Assembly (NCBI RefSeq): GCF_016458305.1 | Contig: NZ_JAEMHL010000006.1 | Coordinates: 212,484-276,483, forward strand | From: Geomonas anaerohicana | GTDB taxonomy: Bacteria; Desulfobacterota; Desulfuromonadia; Geobacterales; Geobacteraceae | DNA: 64,000 nucleotides | Direction: 5' to 3' | Shown: piece after piece, positions 9,281 to 18,465 of the stretch | Position numbering within the stretch: position 1 is the stretch's first letter | How the letters are laid out: each line of letters begins with the position of its first letter | Made by a program: the position numbers and the translations under genes | The notes under the pieces: model-generated | Told to the model about the DNA's origin: nothing | What the model saw: the letters and a program-made list of their open reading frames with translations, nothing else | Database searches by the model: none

Positions 9281-10081
9281 ATGACCCAGGTACCCGACGT
9301 ACTCAGGAAGATAGTCGACTACAAGCAGGGCGAGCTCGATGAGGCCATGCGGGCGGTCCCGCTCAACGAGATCATGGACCGCCTGGCCGACCTCGAAGAC
9401 ACCCCCCGCGGTTTCCAGAACGCCATCCTCAACTCGCTTGGTTCCGGTTGGACCCCCATCATCGCCGAGGTCAAGAAGGGCTCCCCATCAAAGGGGCTGA
9501 TCCGCGCCGACTTCGACCCGCTTCAGATCGCCATTACCTACCAGGACAACGGCGCCACCTGCCTGTCGGTTCTCACCGACGAGCACTTCTTCATGGGGCA
9601 TTTGAGCTACCTCGCGCTGATCCGTGAGCAGGTCTCGCTGCCGCTTTTGCGCAAGGACTTCATCTTCGATCCGTACCAGATCTACCAGGCCCGCGCCGCC
9701 GGCGCCGACGCCATCCTCCTTATCGCCGCCATGCTCGACGTGCCGCAGTTGCGCGACTTCCATAGTCTCGCCAAGGAACTCTCCATGGACGTGCTCCTCG
9801 AGGTGCACGACGAGAAGGAGCTGGAGATGGCGCTGCAGACCGACTGCAGCATGATCGGTATCAACAATCGCGACCTGCGCACCTTCCAGGTCGATATCGC
9901 GACCTCCGAGCGCCTGGCGGCCCAGATTCCCGCCGGTCGGATCATCGTCGCCGAGAGCGGCATCAACACCCGCCCCGAGATCGTGCGTCTCACCGAGAAA
10001 GGCCTGCATGCCTTCCTGATCGGCGAATCCATGATGCGCGAACCCGACGTCGGTGCGAAGCTGTCGGAGCTGCTGGGGTAA
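9281..10081 (+). CDS. trpC: Indole-3-glycerol phosphate synthase (TrpC)
   Basis: IAEVKKGSPSKGLIRADFDP…, …NNRDLRTF… IGPS motifs; begins 4 nt after the trpD stop. Confidence 0.9.
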   Translation: MTQVPDVLRKIVDYKQGELDEAMRAVPLNEIMDRLADLEDTPRGFQNAILNSLGSGWTPIIAEVKKGSPSKGLIRADFDPLQIAITYQDNGATCLSVLTDEHFFMGHLSYLALIREQVSLPLLRKDFIFDPYQIYQARAAGADAILLIAAMLDVPQLRDFHSLAKELSMDVLLEVHDEKELEMALQTDCSMIGINNRDLRTFQVDIATSERLAAQIPAGRIIVAESGINTRPEIVRLTEKGLHAFLIGESMMREPDVGAKLSELLG

Positions 10082-10099
10082 ATGGCTGGGGGCAGGGAG

Positions 10100-10325
10100 T
10101 GATCTCGTTCCCAAGGTCCGCCTTGGGAACGCAAAGCCTCTCCGAAGCTCCAACTTCCCTCGGATGCAAAAGCTGGAGCTTTGCGCCATATGAGGTTCCC
10201 AAGCTGGAGCTTGGGAACCAGGAAAAGCTGGAGCATGGGAACCAGGAAAAGATAGCCCGCAACGCGCTGCACGCGCCCCAGCGTTCCCCCCTTGTGAAAG
10301 GGGGGGCAGGGGGATTTGCTTCTCC
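10100..10325 (+). repeat. Composite intergenic repeat, copy 1: two hairpins sharing the stem TTCCCAAG…CTTGGGAA, then a family-A G-rich hairpin element
   Basis: About 150 bp aligns almost base-for-base with 36645..36790; the terminal 10283..10320 matches the family-A consensus ACGTCCCCCCTTGTGAAAGGGGGGCAGGGGGATTTGC. Confidence 0.7.
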
Positions 10326-10377
10326 AGCCAAGGTAAATGATTTGAATTGAAATGTTCCAACTGACAAAGGAGTGGCT

Positions 10378-11733
10378 ATGAATACCAAGTTCTTGCTTGA
10401 CGAGTCCCGCATCCCGAAACAGTGGTACAACATCATCCCCGACATGCCGGGGCCGCTGGAGCCGGTGATCAACCCGGCCACCCTGAAGCCGGTCACGCCT
10501 GAGGACATGACCCCGATCTTCCCGATGTCCCTCATCGAGCAGGAGATGTCCAACCAGCGCTGGATCGACATCCCGGAAGAGGTGCGCGAGAAGTACCGGA
10601 TCTGGCGGCCGTCACCGATGTTCAGGGCGCACAGACTGGAGCAGGCGCTGCAGACGCCGGCAAAGATCTACTACAAGTACGAGGGCGTTTCGCCGGCGGG
10701 TTCCCACAAGCCCAACAGCGCCATCCCGCAGGCGTGGTACAACAAGCAAGCCGGCATCCGCAGGCTGGCCACCGAAACCGGCGCCGGGCAGTGGGGGAGT
10801 TCCCTTGCCCTAGCCTGTTCCATGTTCGGCCTGGAGTGCACCATCTACATGGTCAAGGTCTCCTGCACGCAGAAGCCGTACCGCAAGAGCATGATGCAGC
10901 TTTGGGGCGCCACCGTTATCCCGTCCCCGTCGGAGTTCACCAATGCCGGGCGCGGCATCCTGGCGCACGACCCGGACAACCTTGGCAGCCTGGGCATCGC
11001 CATTTCCGAGGCGGTCGAGGACGCGGCCACCCACGACGACACCAACTATGCGCTGGGGAGTGTCTTGAACCACGTCTGCCTGCACCAGACCGTGATCGGT
11101 CTCGAGGCGAAGGAACAGATGGCGCTGGCCCAGGACTACCCGGACGTGGTCATCGCCTGCTGTGGCGGCGGTTCCAACTTCGCCGGGCTTGCCTTCCCGT
11201 TCCTGATGGACCGCGCCAACGGCAAGAAGGTGCGCTGCCTGGCCGTGGAGCCCGCCTCCTGTCCGACCCTCACCAAGGGGGTCTATGCCTTCGACTACGG
11301 CGACACCGCGAAGCTTGCGCCCATCACCAAGATGTACACCCTGGGGCACGACTTCATGCCGCCGGGGATCCACGCCGGCGGCCTCCGTTACCACGGCGAG
11401 TCCGCGCTCATCTCGCAGCTTTACCACGCCGGTGAGATCGAGGCGAAGTCGTACAGGCAGAACGCCTGCTTCGAGGGAGCGCTTCTGTTCGCCAGGACCG
11501 AAGGCATCGTGCCCGCACCGGAATCCTCTCACGCGCTGCGTGCCGCCATCGACGAGGCGGTGCTTGCCAAGGAAGAGGGGAAGGAGAAGACCATTCTCTT
11601 CGGGCTTTCCGGGCACGGCCAGCTCGACATGGGCGCCTACGACGCCTACCTCTCCGGCCGGCTCGAAGACTACGAGTATCCGGAGGAATCGATCCGTCAA
11701 TCCCTGGAGCGGCTCCCCAATGTGAGCCTGTAA
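10378..11733 (+). CDS. trpB: Tryptophan synthase beta chain, TrpB2 type (long, ~450 aa)
   Basis: …[20 protein letters not shown]… and a ~450-aa length fit the TrpB2 subfamily. ATG 10378 behind RBS aaagga; track start 10372 is a GTG. Confidence 0.85.
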   Translation: MNTKFLLDESRIPKQWYNIIPDMPGPLEPVINPATLKPVTPEDMTPIFPMSLIEQEMSNQRWIDIPEEVREKYRIWRPSPMFRAHRLEQALQTPAKIYYKYEGVSPAGSHKPNSAIPQAWYNKQAGIRRLATETGAGQWGSSLALACSMFGLECTIYMVKVSCTQKPYRKSMMQLWGATVIPSPSEFTNAGRGILAHDPDNLGSLGIAISEAVEDAATHDDTNYALGSVLNHVCLHQTVIGLEAKEQMALAQDYPDVVIACCGGGSNFAGLAFPFLMDRANGKKVRCLAVEPASCPTLTKGVYAFDYGDTAKLAPITKMYTLGHDFMPPGIHAGGLRYHGESALISQLYHAGEIEAKSYRQNACFEGALLFARTEGIVPAPESSHALRAAIDEAVLAKEEGKEKTILFGLSGHGQLDMGAYDAYLSGRLEDYEYPEESIRQSLERLPNVSL

Positions 11734-11784
11734 CGCCAATGGTTTTGGTTTAGGTAAGTTGAGTAATTCTAAGGGTATACGCGC

Positions 11785-12405
11785 ATGACAAAGGTAAAGA
11801 TTTGTGGCATAACATCGGAGGACGATGCTCTGATGGCCGTCGATGCCGGGGCTGATGCGCTGGGCTTCGTGTTCTTCGACAAGTCCCCCCGCTTCATCGG
11901 AGCGGCGGCCGCCCAGAAGATCATCGCGAAGCTCCCTCCTTTCATCCAGGTGGTCGGCCTTTTCGTCAACGCCGATATCGATGTGGTCAACAGCACCGCC
12001 GACTGCTGCGGTCTCGACATCATCCAGTTGCACGGTGAGGAGAGCCCCGAATACTGCCGCTTGGTGAACCGTAGGGTGATGAAGGCGTTCCGCGTGCGCG
12101 GGCCCGAGAGTCTGACCCCGCTCGCCGAGTACCACGTCTCCGCCTACCTGCTCGACGCCTATTCGCCCAACGCCTACGGCGGGACCGGCGAAGTGTTCGA
12201 CTGGGAGTGTGCCATTACCGCAAAAGGGCAGGGGCGCATAGTGCTGGCCGGCGGGCTTACCCCCGACAACATCGCGGAAGCGGTGACGCGGGTGCGCCCT
12301 TACGGGGTGGACGTCTCCAGCGGCGTCGAGGCGTCTCCCGGTAAGAAGGATCCCGGCAAGGTGCGCCGCTTCATCCAGTTGGCGAAGCACCCGCACCCGG
12401 TCTGA
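11785..12405 (+). CDS. trpF: Phosphoribosylanthranilate isomerase (TrpF)
   Basis: MTKVKICGITSEDDALMAVDAGADALGFVF… PRAI signature. Confidence 0.85.
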   Translation: MTKVKICGITSEDDALMAVDAGADALGFVFFDKSPRFIGAAAAQKIIAKLPPFIQVVGLFVNADIDVVNSTADCCGLDIIQLHGEESPEYCRLVNRRVMKAFRVRGPESLTPLAEYHVSAYLLDAYSPNAYGGTGEVFDWECAITAKGQGRIVLAGGLTPDNIAEAVTRVRPYGVDVSSGVEASPGKKDPGKVRRFIQLAKHPHPV

Positions 12406-12517
12406 TACATATCAAAAGGATCAGTAACAAAGACATAGCAGGCCCATAGTAAATGAGTACGTACAACGGTGAACGTTGAACGCAGAACCGGTTTCCAACC
12501 CAAAAAAAGGAGTGGCA

Positions 12518-14116
12518 ATGAAGATTATCGTAACCGATGAGGTGGCTCAGGAAGGACTGGCGATTTTGCAGCGCGACCCGCGCGTGCAGATGGACATCAA
12601 GCTGGGACTGAAGAAGGAGGAGCTTTACTCGATCATTGGTGATTACGACGTTATCATCACCAGAAGCGGCACCACCGTGGACAAGCCCCTGCTCGATCAT
12701 GCGACCAACCTGAAGCTCGTCGCCCGTGCCGGCGTCGGCGTCGACAACGTCGACGTGGACTACGCCTCCGCCAAAGGCGTCATCGTGGTCAATGCACCTT
12801 TCGGCAACACCAACAGCGCGGCCGAGCACGCCATGGCGCTTTTGCTTTCTTTCTGCCGCAACGTAACCAAGGCCAACGGCTCCCTCAAGGGTGGCGCCTG
12901 GAAACGCGCTCCTTTCACCGGCTACGAGCTGAAGGGGAGGACCGCCGGCGTCATCGGTCTGGGCAAGGTCGGTGGCCGCGTCGCCACCCGCCTCAAGGCC
13001 TTCGAATGCGAAGTCCTCGCCTGCGACCCGTACATCGCCGAGAAGCGCGCCCATGACCTCGGCGTCAAGCTGGTCACCCTTGACGAGATCATCAAGAACT
13101 GCGACATCATCACCGTCCACACCCCGCTCACCAGCGAGACCCACAACATGATCGGCAAGAAGGAACTGGCCGCCATGAAGGACGGCGTCATCATCATCAA
13201 CGCAGCCCGCGGCGGCATCATCAACGAAGAGGCGATGCTGGAAGCGCTCGACTCCGGCCGCGTCGCCGGCGCCGCCTTCGACGTCTGGAGCCAGGAGCCG
13301 CCCGACTCCGAGATCCTCAAGAAGCTGATCGGCCACGAGAAGATGGTGGTCACCCCGCACCTGGGCGCCAACACCTTCGAGGCGCAGGTCAATGTTGCGG
13401 TCGACGTGGCCAAGGAAATCCTGCGTTACATGGACGAGCAGCCCATCGAGAACGCCATCAACATCCCCAAGTTCGACGCCTCCCTCATGGGGCAGATGCG
13501 TCCCTATCTGAACCTGGTGAACGTGCTGGCCGACTTCATCATCCAGCTGGTCGACACCAACCTGAACAAGATCACCTTCACCTACACCGGCGGCCTGGCG
13601 CAGTACGACTGCACCCCGATCACCGTCTGCGGCCTCGCTTCTCTGCTGAACCGCAGGGTCGAGCAGGAAGTGAACATGGTCAACGCGCAGCTCGTGGCCG
13701 ACAACATGGGCATCGTGGTTGAAGAGGTGAAGTCCACCCACTCCGAAGACTTCTCCAACATGATCACCGTGACCATCGAAGGCCCGGGCGAGAAGCGCCT
13801 GATCTCCGGCACCGTCTTCGAAGGGGTACCGCGCATCGTCAAGCTGCGTGACTACCAGATGGACTTCCGTCCCGAAGAGCACATGCTGCTCCTGGCCTAC
13901 GGCGACCGTCCGGGCATCATCGGCAAGATCGGCACCATCCTCGGCAAGCACGAGATCAACATCGCCGCCATGAACCTCGGCCGTCGCGAGAAGAAGGGCG
14001 AGGCGATGGTCATCCTCTCCCTCGACTCCGCCGTCCCCGCGGACGTGGTGGAAGAGGTGAGGGCAGCCACCGACGCGACCTTCGTCAAGCCGCTCTACCT
14101 GATCACCGCGAAGTAA
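12518..14116 (+). CDS. serA: D-3-phosphoglycerate dehydrogenase (SerA), with C-terminal ACT domain
   Basis: 2-hydroxyacid dehydrogenase NAD-binding motif (GVIGLGKVGGRVA), catalytic …HTPLT… and an ACT-like C-terminus. ATG 12518 follows RBS aaaggag. Confidence 0.9.
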   Translation: MKIIVTDEVAQEGLAILQRDPRVQMDIKLGLKKEELYSIIGDYDVIITRSGTTVDKPLLDHATNLKLVARAGVGVDNVDVDYASAKGVIVVNAPFGNTNSAAEHAMALLLSFCRNVTKANGSLKGGAWKRAPFTGYELKGRTAGVIGLGKVGGRVATRLKAFECEVLACDPYIAEKRAHDLGVKLVTLDEIIKNCDIITVHTPLTSETHNMIGKKELAAMKDGVIIINAARGGIINEEAMLEALDSGRVAGAAFDVWSQEPPDSEILKKLIGHEKMVVTPHLGANTFEAQVNVAVDVAKEILRYMDEQPIENAINIPKFDASLMGQMRPYLNLVNVLADFIIQLVDTNLNKITFTYTGGLAQYDCTPITVCGLASLLNRRVEQEVNMVNAQLVADNMGIVVEEVKSTHSEDFSNMITVTIEGPGEKRLISGTVFEGVPRIVKLRDYQMDFRPEEHMLLLAYGDRPGIIGKIGTILGKHEINIAAMNLGRREKKGEAMVILSLDSAVPADVVEEVRAATDATFVKPLYLITAK

Positions 14117-14138
14117 GGCGGGTCTAAAGCAGGAACCA

Positions 14139-14178
14139 AAAAGGCCCCCGGCGCAAGCTCGGGGGCCTTTTCTTTTTT
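14139..14178. terminator. Bidirectional Rho-independent terminator between convergent serA and DAHP synthase (aaaaaggcccccggcgcaagctcgggggccttttctttttt)
   Basis: GC stem flanked by an A-run and a T-run. Confidence 0.8.
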
Positions 14179-14245
14179 AGGGATCAGCAGCACGACCCAT
14201 GGAACAATGAGGACGTTTGCCAATCAATTGCTGAACGTGCTAAAG

Positions 14246-14284
14246 CGTCCCCCCTTGATAAATGGGGGGCAGGGGGGATTTGCT
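14246..14284 (+). repeat. Family-A G-rich hairpin repeat (cgtccccccttgataaatggggggcaggggggatttgc)
   Basis: Member of a six-copy family in this window. Confidence 0.7.
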
Positions 14285-14285
14285 C

Positions 14286-15353
14286 TTACGCGATCTTTCT
14301 CCCGCCGCACGCCTTCAACCTCTGGTGCGCTTCGCGCAGCGCCTTCTCGGTGGTTTCCCAGCTGATGCAGCTGTCGGTGATGGAAACGCCGTAGGTGAGG
14401 TCCGTAAGGTTCTTCGGCATCGGCTGGTTTCCTTCCTTGAGGTAGCTCTCGATCATCACCCCGGAGATGGAGCGGTTGCCGGCGACGATCTGGTCGACCA
14501 CGCATTTCAGCACCTCGGTCTGGCGCTCGAACTTCTTCTCCGAGTTGCCGTGGCTGCAGTCTACCATCAGGGTCGGGTTGAGGCCGGCCTTGGCGAGCAT
14601 CTCCTCGGATTTGGCGATATCCTCCGGCGAATAGTTGGGCTTTTTGTTGCCGCCGCGCAGGACGATGTGGACGTCAGGGTTGCCCGTGGTCTGCAGAATC
14701 GAGGTGAGTCCGTCTCGGTTGATGCCCAGGAAGCTGTGCGGGTGCAGCGCGGCCTTCATGGCGTCGATGGCGATCTGGAGGTTGCCGTCGGTGCCGTTTT
14801 TGAAGCCGATCGGGAAGGAGAGGCCGCTGGCCATCTCGCGGTGGGTCTGGGACTCGGTGGTCCTTGCGCCGATGGCGCCCCAGGAGAGGAGGTCGGCCAG
14901 GTATTCCGGCGTGATGGGATCGAGCATCTCGGTGGCGACGGGGAGCCCCATCTCGGTCACCTTGCACAGAAGGCCGCGGGCGATGCCCAGCCCCTTGGAG
15001 ATGAGGTGCGTGCCGTCCATGCCCGGGTCGTTGATGAGACCTTTCCAGCCGATGGTGGTACGCGGCTTTTCGAAATAAACGCGCATGATCAGGAGCAGTT
15101 CCTCGGAAACTTCCTTGGACAGGGCCGCGAGTTTCTCGGCATACTCCAGGGCACCCTTGGGGTCGTGGATGGAGCAGGGGCCCACCACAACCATGAGCCG
15201 TTTGTCCTCGCCCCTGAGTATCTTGGCGATGGCCGCCCGGCTTTCGCTCACGCAGGTCCCGGACTGCTCGGAGATCGGGAAAACCTGCCTCAGATCGGTC
15301 GGTGCAATGATCGGGGTGATGCTTTTTACCTTGAGGTTGTTCGTCTTAATCAT
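14286..15353 (-). CDS. aroG: 3-deoxy-7-phosphoheptulonate (DAHP) synthase, class I (AroG/AroF type)
   Basis: …LMVVVGPCSIHDPKGALEYAEKL…, …KPRTTIGWKGLINDP… class-I DAHPS motifs. Confidence 0.9.
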   Translation of the reverse strand: MIKTNNLKVKSITPIIAPTDLRQVFPISEQSGTCVSESRAAIAKILRGEDKRLMVVVGPCSIHDPKGALEYAEKLAALSKEVSEELLLIMRVYFEKPRTTIGWKGLINDPGMDGTHLISKGLGIARGLLCKVTEMGLPVATEMLDPITPEYLADLLSWGAIGARTTESQTHREMASGLSFPIGFKNGTDGNLQIAIDAMKAALHPHSFLGINRDGLTSILQTTGNPDVHIVLRGGNKKPNYSPEDIAKSEEMLAKAGLNPTLMVDCSHGNSEKKFERQTEVLKCVVDQIVAGNRSISGVMIESYLKEGNQPMPKNLTDLTYGVSITDSCISWETTEKALREAHQRLKACGGRKIA

Positions 15354-15414
15354 GGTATGCTCCCGCGCTAGCAGTTTTTAATGTGGCGTAATCTAGCGCG
15401 TTTCCGGCACGCTG

Positions 15415-15455
15415 TCAAAAAAAAATGCCCCGGCGGCACTGAATTTTGCCGGGAG
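15415..15455 (-). terminator. Rho-independent terminator downstream of pncA (minus strand: ctcccggcaaaattcagtgccgccggggcattttttttt)
   Basis: GC stem plus T9 on the minus strand. Confidence 0.7.
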
Positions 15456-15504
15456 CATATTTTTGTATGGTGCAGGTATAAAAAGCTGAGAGGAACTGGG
15501 TACT

Positions 15505-16137
15505 TCACCCCGTCCTGGCAGGAGGGCGCGCCTCACCGTCGGCGAGCAGGGTGCTCCGGACCGTGGGGAAGGTCGCCTGGTCGGCGCCGGCTGCCATCAT
15601 CTCCTGCAACGCCCGGTCCGAGTCCCCGGGTTTCATCTCTACGCCGCGGATGGCATCGGTCAGTACCGTCACCGCAAACCCCTCCTTGAGCGCTTCCAGC
15701 ACGGACTCCTTCACGCAGTAATCCGTCGCCAGCCCTCCGACATAGAGCCGGTCCAGTTCCATGCGGCGCAGCAGCATGGCGAAGGGGGTGCCGTTCTCGG
15801 TGGTTCCCTGCATGGCCGAGTAGCCGTTGTCCCAACTGGACATTCCCTTGGAGATGACGATGGTCCCTTCCGGCAGCCTCAATCCGGGATGGAAGTCGGC
15901 CCCCGGAGCGCCCTGCACGCAGTGGGGTGGCCAGATCCCGCCCTGTGCCTTGAAGTGCTTACTCTGCTGCGGGTGCCAGTCCCGGGACGCGAAGACCGGC
16001 ACGCTCCTCATGTTGAAGAGTTCGAGGTAGAGGTTGAGGACCGGCACCACCTGGTCACCGTCGGGCACCGGGAGTGCGCCTCCCGGGCAGAAGTCGAGTT
16101 GTACGTCGACCACGAGCAGGGCGGCTCTGCGTTGCAT
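15505..16137 (-). CDS. pncA: Nicotinamidase / isochorismatase-family cysteine hydrolase (PncA)
   Basis: MQRRAALLVVDVQLDFCPGGALPV… and the placement next to pncB support the call. Confidence 0.8.
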   Translation of the reverse strand: MQRRAALLVVDVQLDFCPGGALPVPDGDQVVPVLNLYLELFNMRSVPVFASRDWHPQQSKHFKAQGGIWPPHCVQGAPGADFHPGLRLPEGTIVISKGMSSWDNGYSAMQGTTENGTPFAMLLRRMELDRLYVGGLATDYCVKESVLEALKEGFAVTVLTDAIRGVEMKPGDSDRALQEMMAAGADQATFPTVRSTLLADGEARPPARTG

Positions 16138-16183
16138 CGCGTACCTCCTTTGCCGGTTACCTCGGCGCAGCTGCCGACCGGCG

Positions 16184-17614
16184 CTAATTGCGGTATTTGC
16201 TCTGGACCTGGTTCATCAGCTTCAGGCGCAGCGTGTTGACGCCGGCGCTGATGGATACCTTGTAGATATGCGGGTTCACCAGGCGCAGGCAGCCTTCCGG
16301 CAGCAGTTGTAGCTGGGCCGAGGCGAGGTCGGCGCTGCTGGCCAGGTCCGGCGACGGTGCGCACCTGCTGCCGTTTTTCATCACCACGTGGCGCAGGTCT
16401 ACCAGTCGCGCCTGGTCCGGAATCCTGACGTGCTGTACCGGGTTGGCGGGATCGAAGGCCAGCGCGCCGGGGAGGATTTCCTCGTCCTGCAACGCGATCA
16501 GGTCCAGGATGAAGGAGCCGTCCGGGGCGATGGCGCGCAGCACCTTTTTCCGGTCGGGGAGGGTGGCCTTGGCCACGTCGCTGGTGAGTTTCAGTTTGGC
16601 TTCCCCGTCCATGGAGACGAGCTTGTAGACGCCGCCCAAGGCGCCTCCCCCCTCGCCGGCGCAGGTGGACAGGCGGGTGCCGACTCCGTAGATGTCGATC
16701 CTGCTTCCTTCCCGGCGCATAGATTCGATCACGTGCTCGTCCAGTTCGTTGGAGGCGACGATCTTCACCCCGGGGAAGCCGGCGTCGTCGAAGGCGGCGC
16801 GGACCTGGCGGGAGAGGTAGGCGAGGTCGCCCGAGTCGATACGGACGCCGACGAGGTCGTGGCCGCGCTCCTTCAACTCGCGCGCCACGATGAGGGCGTT
16901 GGGGAGGCCGCTCTTCAGGGTGTCGTAGGTGTCGATCAAAAGGACACAGCTGTCCGGGAACTCCTTGGCGTAGGTTCGAAAGGCGGTGAGCTCGTCAGGG
17001 AAGGCCATGATCCAGCTGTGGGCATGTGTGCCACGTACCGGGATGCCGTAGCGCATCCCGGCCAGCACGTTGCTGGTGGAGCGCACCCCGCCGATAAAGG
17101 CGGCCCTGGCTCCGGAAAGTCCACCGTCGGGACCCTGTGCGCGGCGCAACCCGAATTCGAGCACGGTGGCGGCGCCCGCCGCGACCGTGATGCGGGCCGC
17201 CTTGGTCGCAGCCAGGGTCTGGAAGTTGATGATGTTCAAAAGTGCCGTCTCCACGAACTGCGCCTCGGCGAGCCCGCCCTCCACGGTGAGCAGCGGTTCT
17301 CCGCCGAAGACGACGGTCCCCTCAGGCGGCGCGGTGACGTTGCCTGTGAAGCGGAACTCAGAGAGGTAGTTGAGAAAGGCGGGTTTGAAGATCTTGAGGC
17401 TGTCGAGGTAGGCAAGTTCCTCGTGGCTGAAGGAAAGCTCTTCCAGGAAGGAAAGGGCTGTATCGAGTCCGGCGAACACCGCGTAGCCGCCGCGAAACGG
17501 GTTGTGGCGAAAGAAAAGATCGAAGGCCGCGGGTCGCTCGTGCATCCCCTGGTCGTGGTAGCCCGCCAGCATGGTCAGTTCGTACAGGTCGGTCAGCAAC
17601 GCCGAATAAGTCAT
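16184..17614 (-). CDS. pncB: Nicotinate phosphoribosyltransferase (PncB)
   Basis: MTYSALLTDLYELTMLAGY… NAPRTase N-terminal signature; length 476 aa. Confidence 0.85.
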   Translation of the reverse strand: MTYSALLTDLYELTMLAGYHDQGMHERPAAFDLFFRHNPFRGGYAVFAGLDTALSFLEELSFSHEELAYLDSLKIFKPAFLNYLSEFRFTGNVTAPPEGTVVFGGEPLLTVEGGLAEAQFVETALLNIINFQTLAATKAARITVAAGAATVLEFGLRRAQGPDGGLSGARAAFIGGVRSTSNVLAGMRYGIPVRGTHAHSWIMAFPDELTAFRTYAKEFPDSCVLLIDTYDTLKSGLPNALIVARELKERGHDLVGVRIDSGDLAYLSRQVRAAFDDAGFPGVKIVASNELDEHVIESMRREGSRIDIYGVGTRLSTCAGEGGGALGGVYKLVSMDGEAKLKLTSDVAKATLPDRKKVLRAIAPDGSFILDLIALQDEEILPGALAFDPANPVQHVRIPDQARLVDLRHVVMKNGSRCAPSPDLASSADLASAQLQLLPEGCLRLVNPHIYKVSISAGVNTLRLKLMNQVQSKYRN

Positions 17615-17626
17615 GGTGCCCTCCTT

Positions 17627-18193
17627 TCAATTACCAGCACCCTGAATTATCGCATGATGCAGTTTTTCCGCCAGTTCGGGGTCCACTATTTTGAGGGATA
17701 GGTATTCTCCCTGGGCCTTTTCTGTCTCATTGAGCAGCAGATGTGTCAGGCCCAGCTTGTACAGCGCATTGGCATTGCCCGGCCACAGTTTCAGCAAAGA
17801 GCTGTAAGCATCGGCAGCTTCCTGGTAGCGGTCCGCCCTGAAACAGACTTCAGCGAGGTTGGAATACGCGAGTGCCAGAGATTTGTCGAGCCGTATGGAT
17901 TTCTTGAGTGAGTCGATGGCACGCTTGTAGTCACCAGTCAGGGCCTGCGATGTGCCCAGGTTAAGCCAGGCCAGGGCGTTACTGGGGGCCAAGGCAACGC
18001 TCCTGCTGAATGCCTCGGTCGACTCCTGGTAGTTCCCCTCGCTGTTGAGTTCCACCCCGGCCTGGAACCAGTCATCGGCATCGAGGTATTCCTCCTGTTC
18101 GATGTGGATAGACTGCTGCTTGGGGATCAGTCCACCGGTGGCCAATCCTGTGAACAGCAACAGTGCAACGCAGGTGCCGGCGCGGTATCTCAT
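17627..18193 (-). CDS. TPR-repeat lipoprotein/secreted protein
   Basis: Signal peptide MRYRAGTCVALLLFTGLATGG followed by TPR repeats (…AWLNLG…AIDSL…). Start ATG 18193 behind RBS ggagga. Confidence 0.7.
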   Translation of the reverse strand: MRYRAGTCVALLLFTGLATGGLIPKQQSIHIEQEEYLDADDWFQAGVELNSEGNYQESTEAFSRSVALAPSNALAWLNLGTSQALTGDYKRAIDSLKKSIRLDKSLALAYSNLAEVCFRADRYQEAADAYSSLLKLWPGNANALYKLGLTHLLLNETEKAQGEYLSLKIVDPELAEKLHHAIIQGAGN

Positions 18194-18277
18194 GGCGTTC
18201 CTCCGTGAAAGCAAAACCATAACAGATTAAATTATTTTTACAAAACAGGGATGCCATGCAGGACGGAGCGCGCTGAA

Positions 18278-18364
18278 GGGACTGGCTCCGTTAGGTGCCT
18301 GTCCCTATAGCGGAACGCTTCTTTCAGCTCCTAAGGGGACAGGCACCTGGCGGAGCCAGTCCCC
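18278..18364. repeat. REP-like palindromic element, full inverted pair (GGGACTGGCTCCGTTAGGTGCCTGTCCC … GGGGACAGGCACCTGGCGGAGCCAGTCCCC)
   Basis: 28-bp arms with a ~29-bp spacer; same family at 27496, 36488, 38872, 53232, 56845. Confidence 0.8.
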
Positions 18365-18465
18365 ACCCTCGGGTGTTTTTTGCTGACATGGTGGCGGGGT
18401 TTCTGCTAGATATGGATGGCTGCAGCGCCTGCTGCAGCATAACTACGCCGTAAAGAGGTCTCTAC

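Noticed and set aside
10099-10350. 83-aa ORF inside the composite repeat between trpC and trpB2
   Set aside because: It lies entirely within a dispersed repeat that is also present at 36645 in a non-coding context. No RBS.
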